Made by a program: the position numbers and the translations under genes. 45,940 nt of DNA, from positions 1 to 45,940 of the forward strand of contig CAJFCJ010000154.1 of NCBI GenBank assembly GCA_904063045.1, in the 5' to 3' direction. Of this stretch, positions 44,358 through 45,940 are shown piece by piece. The stretch is from Dimorphilus gyrociliatus (lineage: Eukaryota > Animalia > Annelida). The notes under the pieces were generated by a model that was not told the DNA's origin, searched no databases, and was given only the letters and a program-made list of their open reading frames with translations. How positions within the stretch are numbered: the stretch's first letter is position 1; every line of letters starts with the position of its first letter.

Positions 44358-45206
44358 TTAATAATATTTTCTTATGGTATATATTAAAGCATTAAATCTT
44401 TTTCTTGAATTATTAAAGGTTTTATACCACATAAACTCATTTAAATTATCAAAAAGCATTTCTTTGAGCAATTTTTTTAATCTTATATGATGTTTGGTGT
44501 GAGACCAGAGTGATTCAATACTTTGAGTATGAACTGAAGGATCATCAGGTGAAACAAAATATCTTGTATGGTTTATTGTGTCATGACTTGAATCTAAATC
44601 GCCAAATAAATTCATATAGCCTCTCCATTCATCTGTTATTACAATTGTTTTAGGCAGAATATATAATTCTACTACTTGTTATTAGCGAATTCCTGTCTCT
44701 TCTATCAATTGGGACCATAAAACATTTATTTGTTCCCCTTTCTTTTCGCCTAAAATCCACTGGCCATTGCTTATTCTTCCTCTATTGTATTTTCTTTTAA
44801 AAAATAAAGATTCGTCTACCTCAACTGTAATGGAATTTCATCTTCATCAAGGCTTCCTATTGGACCACTTTCTGAGATGATATAAATACAACATATTTCT
44901 CTAAAAGTTTTATACCATTGTAATATTGTCAGGGAAGAAATACCGAGCATTCCGCACATGTAACCTGGAGGATTTGTTTGAATATTTGACCATTATCATA
45001 ATAATTTGTCTTAGTGTGTGCTTTGATTTATCATTTATCTTTTCTTATTGAAACTTTTTTTTACAAATTGAGCAATTCCATCTATTTCCATCTTTCTTTG
45101 AACGATCTAATGAGAAATTCATTAAACTCAAACATATACTACATTTTCTACTATTTTTAATTAAACCATTGATTGCAAAAAATTTTACTTTATTATTATG
45201 GATATA
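44358..45206 (-). mobile_element. Degenerate Merlin transposase, 5' end interrupted by a Tc1 insertion
   Basis: CSIC...[44 protein letters not shown] and HTQSIESLW motifs. Confidence 0.88.
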
Positions 45207-45940
45207 CAGTCTGTAAAAAAAAAGTGAACAACAAAAATTTATTAAAAAACTTATGAAAACAATGATTTTATATTTACATAATATCTTAGAAGAATAAACA
45301 ATGATCATGATAGTAACAAGCACTATTTTGAAAGATTCTATGATCAGCTTAAATTCATTTTATCTCAAGAAAACTTTTTGGACTGTAAGAAAAAAGTGAA
45401 CAAGATTCTAAGCATCATTTTACATCCAACAACGTATAATCTGTATCTAACATCCCCCTCATGGCTAAAAGTATTGATGATGAAACAAGGTGGAGTATAA
45501 TTCTATTATATAAAGAAAAATCACGGAAAAACAGGAATAGGTCTCTCCACAATACACAAAGTTATCAAAAAATATATAAATCATGGTACAACCAAGCATT
45601 TAGGCAATAATGGAAGGCCTTCAAAGCTTCCAACGCGCTTGATTAATTATCTTTTACACCAGAACAACAAAAACGGATTTATTTGAACGAGAAAAATGGT
45701 TGATAAAATAGAAAAGGAATGTGATATAACAATATCTCACACTTCCATAAAAAGCTAGTTTAACATGCTAGATATTAAAGCTTATAGACCCTGCTCAAAG
45801 CCTTTTTTAAAACAGAACCATATACTTTCAAGATATAGTGCAAGCAGAAGATGGTTAAATATGCCAGAAAGTAAACTGTAACAATGATATTTTCTGATAA
45901 GTCAAAATTTAACCTATGTAACAATGATGGAAGTCCACGT
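45207..45940 (+). mobile_element. Left part of a second Tc1 subfamily element (IR/DR), running off the window end
   Basis: TA|CAGTCTGTAAAAAAAAAGTGAAC with an inner repeat GACTGTAAGAAAAAAGTGAAC at 45381. The broken transposase starts at ATG 45461 (GNNGRPSK, KPFLK, IFSDKSKFNL). Confidence 0.88.

Noticed and set aside
45045-45323. Track ORF as an independent gene
   Set aside because: It is a chimera of the Tc1 left TIR read antisense (above 45206) and the Merlin N-terminus.
1-45940. tRNA, rRNA or snRNA genes
   Set aside because: No GC-rich stretch with a T-loop GTTCRA plus cloverleaf, or rRNA signature, was found by eye. A tRNAscan-SE or Infernal run would be needed to exclude them.

Overview
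Very AT-rich eukaryotic DNA from a microsporidian. The evidence is an EnP1 spore-wall protein homolog, short and apparently intronless housekeeping genes, and CCC/GGG motifs just upstream of most ATGs. The high TE load and LRR-gene expansion suggest a large-genome lineage such as Anncaliia or Tubulinosema, but this is inference only. Housekeeping genes are RAD10/ERCC1, a UBL-RPL40 fusion, RPL17, V-ATPase c subunit, RMD1, PTPA, proteasome beta6, class I aldolase, a probable Lhs1/GRP170 and a probable Ima1/Samp1. They are interspersed with four LRR loci, a divergent serpin hidden by a frameshift, and about 12 DNA transposons or remnants from three superfamilies: integrase-type Ginger-like elements with long TIRs (3), IR/DR-type Tc1 (3) and Merlin/ISXO2 (5-6). 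Many genes are broken by single-base indels, mostly in homopolymers, which points to assembly error rather than pseudogenisation. Best leads: a compact Merlin flanked by a 19-bp target duplication instead of about 8 bp; an intact integrase-only TIR transposon family with subfamily-specific triple binding repeats; a probably non-inhibitory serpin; and an LRR gene bracketed by a short inverted repeat plus a possible TSD. All homology calls are by motif recognition; no searches were run.
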